IMG/VR virus record: IMGVR_UViG_3300047507_000002
Span: 1-44,077 of that record
From: a virus
Taxonomy: Duplodnaviria > Caudoviricetes
Strand: one strand, 5' to 3'
Length of the DNA: 44,077 nt
A program made the position numbers and the translations under genes. The number at the start of each line of letters is the position of its first letter. Position 1 is the stretch's first letter. Below the pieces are notes generated by a model. The model searched no databases and was not told the DNA's origin. It was given only the letters and a program-made list of their open reading frames with translations. Below are positions 29,344 to 37,719 of this stretch, in pieces.

Positions 29344-29417
29344 CCGCCAGTAGCTCAGTTGGATAGAGCACCTTCCTACTAAGTCGGTGGTCATGGGTTC
29401 AAGTCCCATCTGGCGGG
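29344..29417 (+). tRNA. Arg-type tRNA body with ACT anticodon and mismatched anticodon stem (variant or pseudo-tRNA)
   Basis: CCGCCAG TA GCTC AGTTGGATA GAGC A CCTTC CTACTAA GTCGG TGGTC ATGGG TTCAAGT CCCAT CTGGCGG G. Confidence 0.8.
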
Positions 29418-29586
29418 CACGCATTATAAAGGAATGCCACTCCTCAATGGTATTCATAAATTCGTGAATATCAATTACTACGCCTTTTAGGATTTTCATT
29501 GAAGTTCAAGAGGAGCTAGCTCGGCTTCTTATCAGCGACCCGCCGATGTTGGTTTCATCAACCTAATCGCACACTAGCCCAATTAT

Positions 29587-29754
29587 CTAATCATTAAGAT
29601 TTAACATCTTGGCAACAGGTGGAAGAACCCAAATGGCACTTAGAAGGGCTACAAAGATGTCTTTGATTACCACTTCCGCAGGAATGAATTTAGCCACTAG
29701 TATAATCCCTGCTACAAGAAACCCTGTTACAATCGCTTTTGATTTGTCTTCCAT
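29587..29754 (-). CDS. 55-aa two-TM membrane protein (holin-like candidate)
   Basis: MEDKSKAIVTGFLVAGIILVAKF...IFVALLSAIWVLPP; AGGAGGT SD; not in the ORF track. Confidence 0.6.
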   Translation of the reverse strand: MEDKSKAIVTGFLVAGIILVAKFIPAEVVIKDIFVALLSAIWVLPPVAKMLNLND

Positions 29755-29855
29755 TTTACCTCCTTATTATTTTAATCAAAACCCTCTTTAAGCGAGGGTG
29801 GATAAATTCATGCCATAGAGTACAGGCCACAACACAGATAGGAATACACCACCAT

Positions 29856-30176
29856 TCAATCATCTTCCGTGCAATACTGCTCAATTAAAAGTTGGGAGTC
29901 TTGATACAAATCCTCTAACACAGTTGGGATTAGGTTATCAGTTCCGCAATGTTCCAAGAGCGTTAAAACCACATCACAACGATTCCTTATAGACTTTATA
30001 ATCTCAGCTAATTCATCAGTATCCATACCATTGATGGTTGTATCGCCTACCATTGCTTCAGGATAGCTTGTACTTGTTTTCCAATTAGTAAGCGTAGTAG
30101 AGTTATCCATAAGAGCAGATGAACAAACACAATTCTTAAATTCTCTATTACATCCTCGGCAGATTACTTTTGGCAT
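29856..30176 (-). CDS. Hypothetical protein with N-terminal Cys cluster
   Basis: CRGC...CVC; AGGAG SD. Confidence 0.7.
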   Translation of the reverse strand: MPKVICRGCNREFKNCVCSSALMDNSTTLTNWKTSTSYPEAMVGDTTINGMDTDELAEIIKSIRNRCDVVLTLLEHCGTDNLIPTVLEDLYQDSQLLIEQYCTEDD

Positions 30177-30192
30177 TTATATCTCCTGAAGG

Positions 30193-30262
30193 AAGGTAAG
30201 GGCTGGCTTATGCTTATCCCATTATTGCAGAGGCTTCGCTTTCGCCTTGCTGCCCTCACCCC
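30193..30262 (-). ncRNA. Candidate structured RNA, three-way junction (copy B)
   Basis: Stems GGTGAGGGC/GCCCTTACC, AGGC/GCCT and TGG/CCA; lies in the 5' UTR after the promoter at 30289-30317. Confidence 0.55.
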
Positions 30263-30288
30263 ATAATTAATCATACACCTCATTGTCA

Positions 30289-30317
30289 AGTCTAACATCT
30301 TCTATTTTTAATGTCAA
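30289..30317 (-). promoter_or_regulatory. sigma70-type promoter (extended -10)
   Basis: TTGACA-N17-TAGACT with TG at the extended position. Confidence 0.75.
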
Positions 30318-30392
30318 ATTAACTATAAAATCTCTATAAAATGGCAATAATTAAGTTTTAATTTCCCCTGAAAAGCGTTCTTTTACGCCGTT

Positions 30393-30647
30393 TTATATCC
30401 CCCATTCCTTGAGCTTGGATTGCCACCCTCTCTCAGAAAGAATGATATAGTCTTTCTCTCCTAGATGACGATGTTGTTCTACCCACTCCCTCACTTCCTT
30501 CAACATAAAGTTTCTGCCAGCCTTAAAACTGATTTCAGCTAATAATTCCTCTCTTTCCCTTAGTCCTGCAAGAGTGCCATTATTTAATACTTCTATAGAA
30601 ATTTTACTGGTAGCTTCCTCAATACAAGTTGTTAATTTAGATTCCAT
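30393..30647 (-). CDS. Small hypothetical protein (LKEWGI paralog family)
   Basis: AEISFKAGR...WQSKLKEWGI; AGGAGG SD. Confidence 0.75.
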   Translation of the reverse strand: MESKLTTCIEEATSKISIEVLNNGTLAGLREREELLAEISFKAGRNFMLKEVREWVEQHRHLGEKDYIILSERGWQSKLKEWGI

Positions 30648-30658
30648 ATTCCCTCCTT

Positions 30659-31273
30659 TTATTTTCTTGCCTCCTTTAAAAGATTTTCTAAAATGCTAAT
30701 TCTATTTTGTAACGCCTTTACATAAGTCCCCCTATCATGTTTCGCTGGCGGAACAGCCACAAGGTTTTCCAGGCGATTATCTGTTCTAATTCCGTTAAGG
30801 TGATGAACATACCACTTTTCAGGGATTTTACCATGAGCTTGTTCCCATACAAAGCGGTGCTCTAAAATATATGCATAACCTTTCTTGTAATGAGGATTAG
30901 GGTTTTTCATCGCTATATACCCATCTTTACTTATAAATTGATTGTCGTTTAATCTTGGGATAGTTCGTTTAGCTTTTCCCGCACATTTGTGACATCTCAA
31001 GCCACGCCCCCTAGAAGTAGGGATACCACAATCCATGCAATAAGATTGGGGCTTGCGAAATTGAACACCAGCACAGGGACAACACCTTGTCCCCTTATAA
31101 CTTATAAGTTTCCCACAATCCAAACAAGGATGTCTATGCTTTTTGAGCCACTCTTTAGTTCTAAGTTTTGCCTCTTCCTTATGTGTTTCCCTATATCCCT
31201 TGCTGTATTTATCAAGTCTATCTTTATTCTTGAGATAATAACGTTTATTATATTCACTCTTGTTCTTATCCAT
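30659..31273 (-). CDS. HNH endonuclease with Zn-ribbon repeats
   Basis: EHRFVWEQAHG...VHHLNGIRTDNRLENL; several CxxC pairs. Confidence 0.9.
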   Translation of the reverse strand: MDKNKSEYNKRYYLKNKDRLDKYSKGYRETHKEEAKLRTKEWLKKHRHPCLDCGKLISYKGTRCCPCAGVQFRKPQSYCMDCGIPTSRGRGLRCHKCAGKAKRTIPRLNDNQFISKDGYIAMKNPNPHYKKGYAYILEHRFVWEQAHGKIPEKWYVHHLNGIRTDNRLENLVAVPPAKHDRGTYVKALQNRISILENLLKEARK

Positions 31274-31280
31274 AACAATA

Positions 31281-31721
31281 TTATACTATACTTTGGCTTA
31301 CCACACAAGTTTTGGAGTGGTAAGTCTCCCTTACCCATCTTCTAAACGAACTTTTCTTACGCTTCAACCCTTTAACATACATCAACGCTTCTCTAGCCTC
31401 ATCATCTAAGGTATCGAAGGTTTCTCCGGCCTTAATCTGAGCACACAATAACTTTCCCGCCGTGCCTGTTCGTTTAAGTCGTTTATCTACTTCAGCCCAG
31501 ATAAGTATAGGTTTTACAAAGGATGCCTCAGTCTTGATAGTTCTTTGTCCCTCATTATCAGAGTATAATTCTTTAGGCCACCTGCCTGATTGTAATACTT
31601 CGCAGTTCGTTAGTATCCAAATTACCTGCCAGATGCACCACTTTATCTCAGAGAAATTATACCACTCTTTACCTATACATAGGCGATAATCGTGGCAGTT
31701 ATGGCAGTTTCCTGAGTTCAT
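31281..31721 (-). CDS. Hypothetical protein
   Basis: 146 aa with N-terminal Cys cluster and basic C-terminus. Confidence 0.7.
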   Translation of the reverse strand: MNSGNCHNCHDYRLCIGKEWYNFSEIKWCIWQVIWILTNCEVLQSGRWPKELYSDNEGQRTIKTEASFVKPILIWAEVDKRLKRTGTAGKLLCAQIKAGETFDTLDDEAREALMYVKGLKRKKSSFRRWVRETYHSKTCVVSQSIV

Positions 31722-31819
31722 ACTAACTCCATTTAGCCAGCTTTTGTATTGTGGTCATTGCGGTCTCTTGGTTTGCCAAGGATAATCTGTCCACCATGTC
31801 CCTGCCATTTTTCTTGTTT

Positions 31820-32134
31820 TCATTCCATCATCCTCACTTTGTCTTTAATATCTTGAAGCTGGGCTTGGGCTAGAAATGCCTCCCACTTTGTATTATCAAT
31901 CATCGGTCTTTTGTACCATTTTTCTTTTGCTTGCTCTATCTTCTCATCCCTTATTACCCCCAGCTTCTCTATTTCTTGCTTGAACCAGGCCACATACTCT
32001 TTGTGGATTTGGTCGGCCTCCTTACGATAAACTTCCTTCACCCATTCATCTACTTTCTCCCACTCAATCCAATCTATAACCACTCCCTTTGTTTTCCAGA
32101 TATAAATTTGCTTTGCCATCTTCTCTCTTAACAT
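31820..32134 (-). CDS. Small hypothetical protein (AQAQL paralog family)
   Basis: 104 aa; LAQAQLQ; GGAGG SD. Confidence 0.7.
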   Translation of the reverse strand: MLREKMAKQIYIWKTKGVVIDWIEWEKVDEWVKEVYRKEADQIHKEYVAWFKQEIEKLGVIRDEKIEQAKEKWYKRPMIDNTKWEAFLAQAQLQDIKDKVRMME

Positions 32135-32403
32135 TGTGCCTCCTTTACTCCTGTATATTTGGACTTCAGGGATTGCCAGTTAAAAGGTGAATCGGTCTTA
32201 ACCCAGCATTGCCCAGATTTACAATAGCTTTCAATCTCCTCAAATATCTCCCTTATCCTCTGCTCATAATAAGCTGCATCGGCATCATTTTGAGCAGCCA
32301 TTCCAGCCAACATTAGGGGCGTAGTTCTAATTGTTTCCTCCTGAATGATTACCTCTCTGCCCAGAAACATTATCTTAAATTCACTTAATATCGGTGGTTT
32401 CAT
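32128..32403 (-). CDS. Small hypothetical protein
   Basis: 91 aa; IREIFEEIE...WQSLKSKY; AGGAGG SD. Confidence 0.7.
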   Translation of the reverse strand: MKPPILSEFKIMFLGREVIIQEETIRTTPLMLAGMAAQNDADAAYYEQRIREIFEEIESYCKSGQCWVKTDSPFNWQSLKSKYTGVKEAQC

Positions 32404-32567
32404 TGTGCCTCCTTCTTATCCTTGATTAACTTTTCTCCATAAAATCGGCCTTGAACTGCGATGTTTCTACTTACGTTATCAGGAAGGGAATCTAAAAAGC
32501 ATTGACGGCAGAGCTTAGAACTGCAATCGTATGTCGGCTTTTTACATTTGATACATTTACAGCTCAT
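32400..32567 (-). CDS. Small Zn-finger protein
   Basis: CIKC...LCRQC, 55 aa; ATGA overlap with the next gene. Confidence 0.6.
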   Translation of the reverse strand: MSCKCIKCKKPTYDCSSKLCRQCFLDSLPDNVSRNIAVQGRFYGEKLIKDKKEAQ

Positions 32568-32709
32568 TCCTTATCTCCTACCAGATAAGTAGTAATATCA
32601 ATAAAGCCCATAGAGGAGATAAACTACCAGTAACATAAATAGCAAAACCGATTAAGGCACATATCCCAATAGTAGCCAATGCTTCTCCTAAATATTTCAT
32701 TTCCCTCCT

Positions 32710-33519
32710 TTATCCTTCTACTCTTACTTCGTCTTTTGTGGGTATTATAACAAACTTAGGACAGCCAAGCGAAGTTGGTGGGTAGTTCTTCTTCTCCCCA
32801 TAACTGGCTGATACACCCTGGGAATAGGTCTTGAACCAGCAACCTGTTATTGCCCCAACTCGTTCCTTCTGCTTAATAATATTGGCATCACTCAATTCTA
32901 GGTAAGGTACTGTATGAGTGATAATATCATGCATATGCCCCATCCCATATATTCTAGCATCAAAGGCACTCATAAATCTCTGCAAACGGTTCATCTTCGC
33001 CCCTGGCGTGATAGCCCAGCCTGAACCATGAGAGAACACACACTTATAGACATGATGTTCATTACTGTTTTCTCTAGAGAATCGCAGTTTCACCCATGTA
33101 GAATATCCTAAGTTCGGTAGTTTCAGCCTATCGCATAGATTTGTTTGGACATCCGTATGAAGGAATCGTCTTATAGCATCTTCGTGATTCCCCTCAAGTA
33201 GTCCTATGCACTTATCCACTATGGGAGAGAATAGCTCAACAAGTCGTTTAGTTTGTTCCTCAGCCACATTATCCTGTTTGCCTATAAGCCAATCTGCTAT
33301 GCTCTTGGAATCCCATCTTTTATCAGAAGGCGTAATGAATTCTCCATAGTCTCCCATGCCAATCCATATCGCCTGGGGGTTGTCTTTAATCTCAGTGATT
33401 ATCTTCTGTAGGTCGCTCTCCGTGCAATGCTTAGTCCCGATATGCGAATCGCCAATAGGATACAGTCTGAACTCCCCTTCGCTTCTCACATAGATTAAGG
33501 TTTTCTCAATAACCTCCAT
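32710..33519 (-). CDS. Calcineurin-like metallophosphoesterase
   Basis: GDSH, MGD, GNHE, HG and GHMH motifs. Confidence 0.9.
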   Translation of the reverse strand: MEVIEKTLIYVRSEGEFRLYPIGDSHIGTKHCTESDLQKIITEIKDNPQAIWIGMGDYGEFITPSDKRWDSKSIADWLIGKQDNVAEEQTKRLVELFSPIVDKCIGLLEGNHEDAIRRFLHTDVQTNLCDRLKLPNLGYSTWVKLRFSRENSNEHHVYKCVFSHGSGWAITPGAKMNRLQRFMSAFDARIYGMGHMHDIITHTVPYLELSDANIIKQKERVGAITGCWFKTYSQGVSASYGEKKNYPPTSLGCPKFVIIPTKDEVRVEG

Positions 33520-33532
33520 TATATCTCCTTGC

Positions 33533-33937
33533 TCATTTTGCGGAACTCATACTCATTTCTTGGAGTAATTGTTTGATTATGATTTCATCTAGGGCATCGT
33601 CTCGCTTTTTATATAAATGTGCCCGAAATTCAAGAAGGTCAAAGCCTTTGTCGCCTAATTTCTTTCTCATATAAGCCGTGTATTCATTCCGTCCATCGCC
33701 GTGTCCCCAACCGAACTTATGATGATACCAGCATAATGAGTCGCAGTTCTCAGGGTCGAACCTTGTATTCTCTCTGCCACGCCCCCAATAATGGCTACAA
33801 TGCAAACCTCGTTTGTTCTCGGAATAATCCTTGCTTCCCTCTTCCCTTTCCATATCACAGGCTACGCATCGCCATCCATCCCTAGCCCGAATGAAATCCC
33901 TAAAGAGCTTGTCTGTTTTCCTCTCTTTGACCTTCAT
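33533..33937 (-). CDS. NinG-like HNH endonuclease
   Basis: FRDFIRARDGWRCVAC...HCSHY...TRFDPENCDSLC..HH. Confidence 0.8.
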   Translation of the reverse strand: MKVKERKTDKLFRDFIRARDGWRCVACDMEREEGSKDYSENKRGLHCSHYWGRGRENTRFDPENCDSLCWYHHKFGWGHGDGRNEYTAYMRKKLGDKGFDLLEFRAHLYKKRDDALDEIIIKQLLQEMSMSSAK

Positions 33938-34179
33938 ACTAACTCCATCTTCTTGAGAATCTTCTGAAGTTGGGCTTGGGCTATCGCAACATGGTCTGCG
34001 TTTACACTTATATCCGCATCATAATAATGCCCCTGCACTTCCCTAAGAACATCATTAAGTTCCACATCCGTCAATAGTTCCTTCTTAATCTCCTCTTTGA
34101 GAACACTAATCACATCGGCAACGGTATCCTCAAGCGTTCTATGCGGTGTCCTAAGTATTTCCGTTATCTTTTCTCTCAT
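33934..34179 (-). CDS. Small hypothetical protein (AQAQL paralog family)
   Basis: LLTDVEL...IAQAQLQKI. Confidence 0.7.
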   Translation of the reverse strand: MREKITEILRTPHRTLEDTVADVISVLKEEIKKELLTDVELNDVLREVQGHYYDADISVNADHVAIAQAQLQKILKKMELV

Positions 34180-35180
34180 AATCCCTCCTTAATAGGTTTA
34201 TCTAAATACCCTAATTTATGACAGTCATCGCAAGGGCGATTGTTTCGCCAACCTTTGCCAAAACAGTTTCCACATTTAACCACTTCCCTGAAATCGGTTA
34301 TCTTTACACCTCCCTTTATCTTATAAACAAACTTATGGCCCATAATAGGACTCTTGGTTTCCTTAACACTACCCACTGTGAGCATAGTCATTTCAGGGTC
34401 TTCTCCATAAGGGTCTAATAGAATCTCGGCATCAACAAAATCCTTAGAGGGATTGCCCCCACGTCCGTAGTCAACACCAGGGTTCTTCTGTAAAACAACT
34501 ATGGCTATCCCATTCCCTAACGCTCTTTTGATTTCCTCTAAGATAGGACTTATCAGATAATACTCCCCGGGTAGGTTTATCCAGTCAATAATATAGAATC
34601 CCCCAGGTCGTATCTGTTCAGCAAAGTCTTGATATACAGGAAGTAACTGAAACCTCTCTTTACCTTGCTCATCTACCCATTTAACCCAATCCATATTGTC
34701 TAACCTATTGAGAAATCTGGGGGAGGGTTCAAACTCCCCATCCTTACCCATTATCGTATATTCATTCCCCATCAAAATAGGGTTCATGTCAAGGTTCTCG
34801 GACGTTATATTCATACACATATTTGTTTTCCCTTTATTCTTGAATCCTGAAAACATCCATAAATCCCCTTGCCTTAAAACAATCTCATTAAAAAAATCCA
34901 ATGGTTCTAGGGTTTCTCTATCTAGTGGCGGATTTAATTTAACTACTGGCCTGCGTTCCCTCCCAAATATTTTAATTGGTTTAGCTATCTTAACCTTCCT
35001 ATAAAGTCCTCGCCCAATCTTTTTTAATTCTCTATCAACAACCATCCTTTTAATAGCCATATAAAAGGTTGAACTACTAGCATCTATATCATGCTTTTTT
35101 CTGAACTCCTCTACACGGAACTCCTCTAATTCTAAATCAATCCATTGTTTAATCTGTTCGGTGGTTAATTTCTCAGTCAT
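34176..35180 (-). CDS. RecA/DnaB-like P-loop helicase (replication protein) with C-terminal Zn finger
   Basis: Walker A GFKNKGKT, Walker B IID, VVLQK motif; C-terminal CGNCFGKG...CDDC; adjacent to the iterons. Confidence 0.7.
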   Translation of the reverse strand: MTEKLTTEQIKQWIDLELEEFRVEEFRKKHDIDASSSTFYMAIKRMVVDRELKKIGRGLYRKVKIAKPIKIFGRERRPVVKLNPPLDRETLEPLDFFNEIVLRQGDLWMFSGFKNKGKTNMCMNITSENLDMNPILMGNEYTIMGKDGEFEPSPRFLNRLDNMDWVKWVDEQGKERFQLLPVYQDFAEQIRPGGFYIIDWINLPGEYYLISPILEEIKRALGNGIAIVVLQKNPGVDYGRGGNPSKDFVDAEILLDPYGEDPEMTMLTVGSVKETKSPIMGHKFVYKIKGGVKITDFREVVKCGNCFGKGWRNNRPCDDCHKLGYLDKPIKEGL

Positions 35181-35190
35181 AGGATTCCTC

Positions 35191-35352
35191 TTGTGAGTTT
35201 TGTGAGTTTATATTTAATCATATCAATTTTCTGTGAGTTATGTTAGTTTATGTGAGTTTCACCAAAGCTAATTGGTGAGTTTGTGAGTTTCCCTTTCTGT
35301 ATCTATCCACTCTTATCTCCTGTATAATAATTGTCGCTTCTTTAAAACTCAC
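35191..35352. repeat. Iteron array / putative replication origin
   Basis: GTGAGTT at 35193, 35202, 35233, 35252, 35275 and 35283, a variant at 35242, and an inverted copy at 35346, in an AT-rich intergenic region. Confidence 0.7.
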
Positions 35353-35398
35353 GCCCTACTCCCCTCCCCACCCATCCATTATAACTAATAAGATAATA

Positions 35399-35770
35399 CT
35401 ATTTATATTTAGGCTTGTATGCTTTCTTGGGTTGTTTCTCTTCCAAGGCGAAGATTCTCTTCTCAAGGTTAAGCATCTGCCTTCGGCGTTGCTCTACTTC
35501 CCAGTTAAGCATCTGGATAATGTGAAAATGACTTCCGAGTGTTCTGCCGACGGTTTCCAGCATCTCTTTATCTTGGTCAAGGTTAATCTCCATATAAGTA
35601 TTGTCCAAAACCTTGCTAGCGATAAACGATGCTATCTCGGCTATATGGTCATCTTCGGCGATACGAACCTCATCGGTAATAAATATCCCGTTGTCAATAA
35701 CGACTTCATGCTCACAGATTCGGTCTATGAACTCTATTGCTTCCTTGGATAGGGTTATCTCTTTAGCCAT
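35399..35770 (-). CDS. Hypothetical protein
   Basis: 123 aa; GGAGGAG SD. Confidence 0.7.
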   Translation of the reverse strand: MAKEITLSKEAIEFIDRICEHEVVIDNGIFITDEVRIAEDDHIAEIASFIASKVLDNTYMEINLDQDKEMLETVGRTLGSHFHIIQMLNWEVEQRRRQMLNLEKRIFALEEKQPKKAYKPKYK

Positions 35771-35788
35771 CTACTCCTCCAGTCATAC

Positions 35789-36958
35789 TTAACCCCAATT
35801 CATAACTGTTGTATAAACTTTTGACATTTCATTCCGTTGGAATTTTTCGGATAGCTTTCTCATTACAGCAACTTTATCAAGCCTTATATCTATTTCTATT
35901 GCCCTATACTCAATTAATACTCTTTCTCTAAAAGCAAGTGTGTCTTCAACTATCTTAATGCAGGACTCAATTAAATAATGGTTTGCCTCGACCTTATGAG
36001 CTTCAAATTCCTCTAGTAAAAGCTGTTTTATGAAATCCACTGTGAGTTTATCGATGTTCTCTAGAGCATTCCAACAAGTCGCCAAGATGGAATTCCTTGA
36101 AATACCTTTGCCTTGAGAAAAATGGATTATCTCGATAGTCTCTGGTTTACATTTGTATTGAATAGTCCTTTTGTCTATAGTTTGGAGATACCAAACAGCA
36201 CCTTCTACGCCCGCATAAGTGTTATTGTCCAGTTTCCGTAAGTTGCCTTCTAATTGTTTTTGAAGGGCAAGGTAAGAATCTTCGTAGTTTTTATCTATAG
36301 TAGCTAGCAACTGCACTTTGGATAATCGGCAATCTATTTGTGTCGGAGGGATGATATTTCCTGCGTTTGTTACGCCAAATAAAAGAGCATACGCCAATGG
36401 CACATCATAAATAACAAGGTGAGGATTCCGTGCTCCATATAATTCAAAGGATAAGTTAAAATTATGGCTGGTGAGCAACTCGCAGATATAATCAAAATCA
36501 TTATCTGCAACTTCATTCCACATAGCAAAAAAGTTACCCCATTTTGAGCCAGCATTAACAAAGGGCATCAACCTCGTTTTACAAGTGTAAAAAATAGTGT
36601 TCCCATCAGTGTAGGAATAAACAAGTATGTTTGTGCCGTCCAGTTTCTCAAAGATTTCTATTTTATTGGCAACAGGGAAACCATACTTTCTTTCACCTGT
36701 CTGTGTGGTAGTAAATGGGTAGTGCATTTTGGGCGTTCCCATAATAAGTTGTTCTTTGACTGGGATTCCATTGATGTGAGTAATTATCAACGCTCCATAA
36801 TATTCAGTTGCCCTTCTGGAAATATATCCCCTAACTTCGTTTTGCGGATTGAAGGGGTCTATCTCACAAAATTCATGGTAGTCTTTCCCAAATAATTCTT
36901 CGACTTTCATTCCTTCTTCCTGAGTCATACTAGCTCCATTACTTCTTGCCTTCTTCAA
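35789..36958 (-). CDS. ATP-dependent RNA ligase (Rnl family)
   Basis: Nucleotidyltransferase motifs I (EKLDGTN), III (FELYG), IV (EGAV) and V (YKCK); no OB domain apparent. Confidence 0.85.
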   Translation of the reverse strand: MKKARSNGASMTQEEGMKVEELFGKDYHEFCEIDPFNPQNEVRGYISRRATEYYGALIITHINGIPVKEQLIMGTPKMHYPFTTTQTGERKYGFPVANKIEIFEKLDGTNILVYSYTDGNTIFYTCKTRLMPFVNAGSKWGNFFAMWNEVADNDFDYICELLTSHNFNLSFELYGARNPHLVIYDVPLAYALLFGVTNAGNIIPPTQIDCRLSKVQLLATIDKNYEDSYLALQKQLEGNLRKLDNNTYAGVEGAVWYLQTIDKRTIQYKCKPETIEIIHFSQGKGISRNSILATCWNALENIDKLTVDFIKQLLLEEFEAHKVEANHYLIESCIKIVEDTLAFRERVLIEYRAIEIDIRLDKVAVMRKLSEKFQRNEMSKVYTTVMNWG

Positions 36959-37229
36959 CTGTTAGCCCCAGTTCTTTGACTATAAACTCCAACTCATCTA
37001 TGGTTCTTGCAGGGCGAATACGAAACATCGTGGTAGATTTCTCGCCTTTCTTATCAAATATAAGATTACGAACACGCCATTCCTTTTCAATGACACAGCT
37101 ATTGGCATAAATAGACTTTCGCATATCTGCTACGCACTTTTGTCTATCAATCTCCGACATCCCAGGAGCGGGACAAATACAATCCGCTCTAAGTAAATCT
37201 TGCCCCTGTCTCTCCATAGGGTTAGTCAT
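36939..37229 (-). CDS. Hypothetical protein
   Basis: 96 aa, coupled to both neighbours. Confidence 0.65.
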   Translation of the reverse strand: MTNPMERQGQDLLRADCICPAPGMSEIDRQKCVADMRKSIYANSCVIEKEWRVRNLIFDKKGEKSTTMFRIRPARTIDELEFIVKELGLTVEEGKK

Positions 37230-37678
37230 TTAATCTCCTGTCTAACTGGAATATCAGGTTCAAAAAATCCCAGTTTGCCTTTCATTGGTATCGGCTTGTC
37301 ATAAAGAATAGGATTAGCCAGCAAAAGACCATACATACCAACCTCATGCCAGACTGAATAGATATGTGGGTCTTTGGCCGAGGGATTGCGATATTGACAG
37401 CCGATAATATCAACCTCACCGATGATTGCTCCCTTCACTAGACTTCTATAAAAGTCCTCAGTGCGTATCATGTCCCAAATCTCCGTGGATACTCTGTGAT
37501 GAATAAAATTCCATGCCCCATCATCTATGACCTTGCTGGCGTGAATATAAATCCGTCTTGGCGTGGCTGGATAATTCAAAAGCGGCGGCATATGAATATG
37601 CCAAGTGCGATTCTCCACATCTTTAATCCCTTTACAGATTAACCATGCCCAGGGTTGCTTAATACTGAGTGCTTTCAT
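37226..37678 (-). CDS. ASCH domain protein
   Basis: MKALSIKQPWAWLICKGIKDVENRTW...IHAS...GAIIG...KGKLGFF. Confidence 0.92.
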   Translation of the reverse strand: MKALSIKQPWAWLICKGIKDVENRTWHIHMPPLLNYPATPRRIYIHASKVIDDGAWNFIHHRVSTEIWDMIRTEDFYRSLVKGAIIGEVDIIGCQYRNPSAKDPHIYSVWHEVGMYGLLLANPILYDKPIPMKGKLGFFEPDIPVRQEIK

Positions 37679-37719
37679 CTCTCTCCTCTCAAAGGATGGG
37701 CTATTGATAACTTATATTG

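Noticed and set aside
29371-29387. Amber suppressor reading (CTA) of the tRNA and stop-codon recoding
   Set aside because: In the standard register the anticodon is ACT, and TAG terminates several genes normally with no fragmented ORFs.
35191-35352. Mini-CRISPR array
   Set aside because: Repeats are only 7-9 bp with irregular short spacing, which fits iterons.
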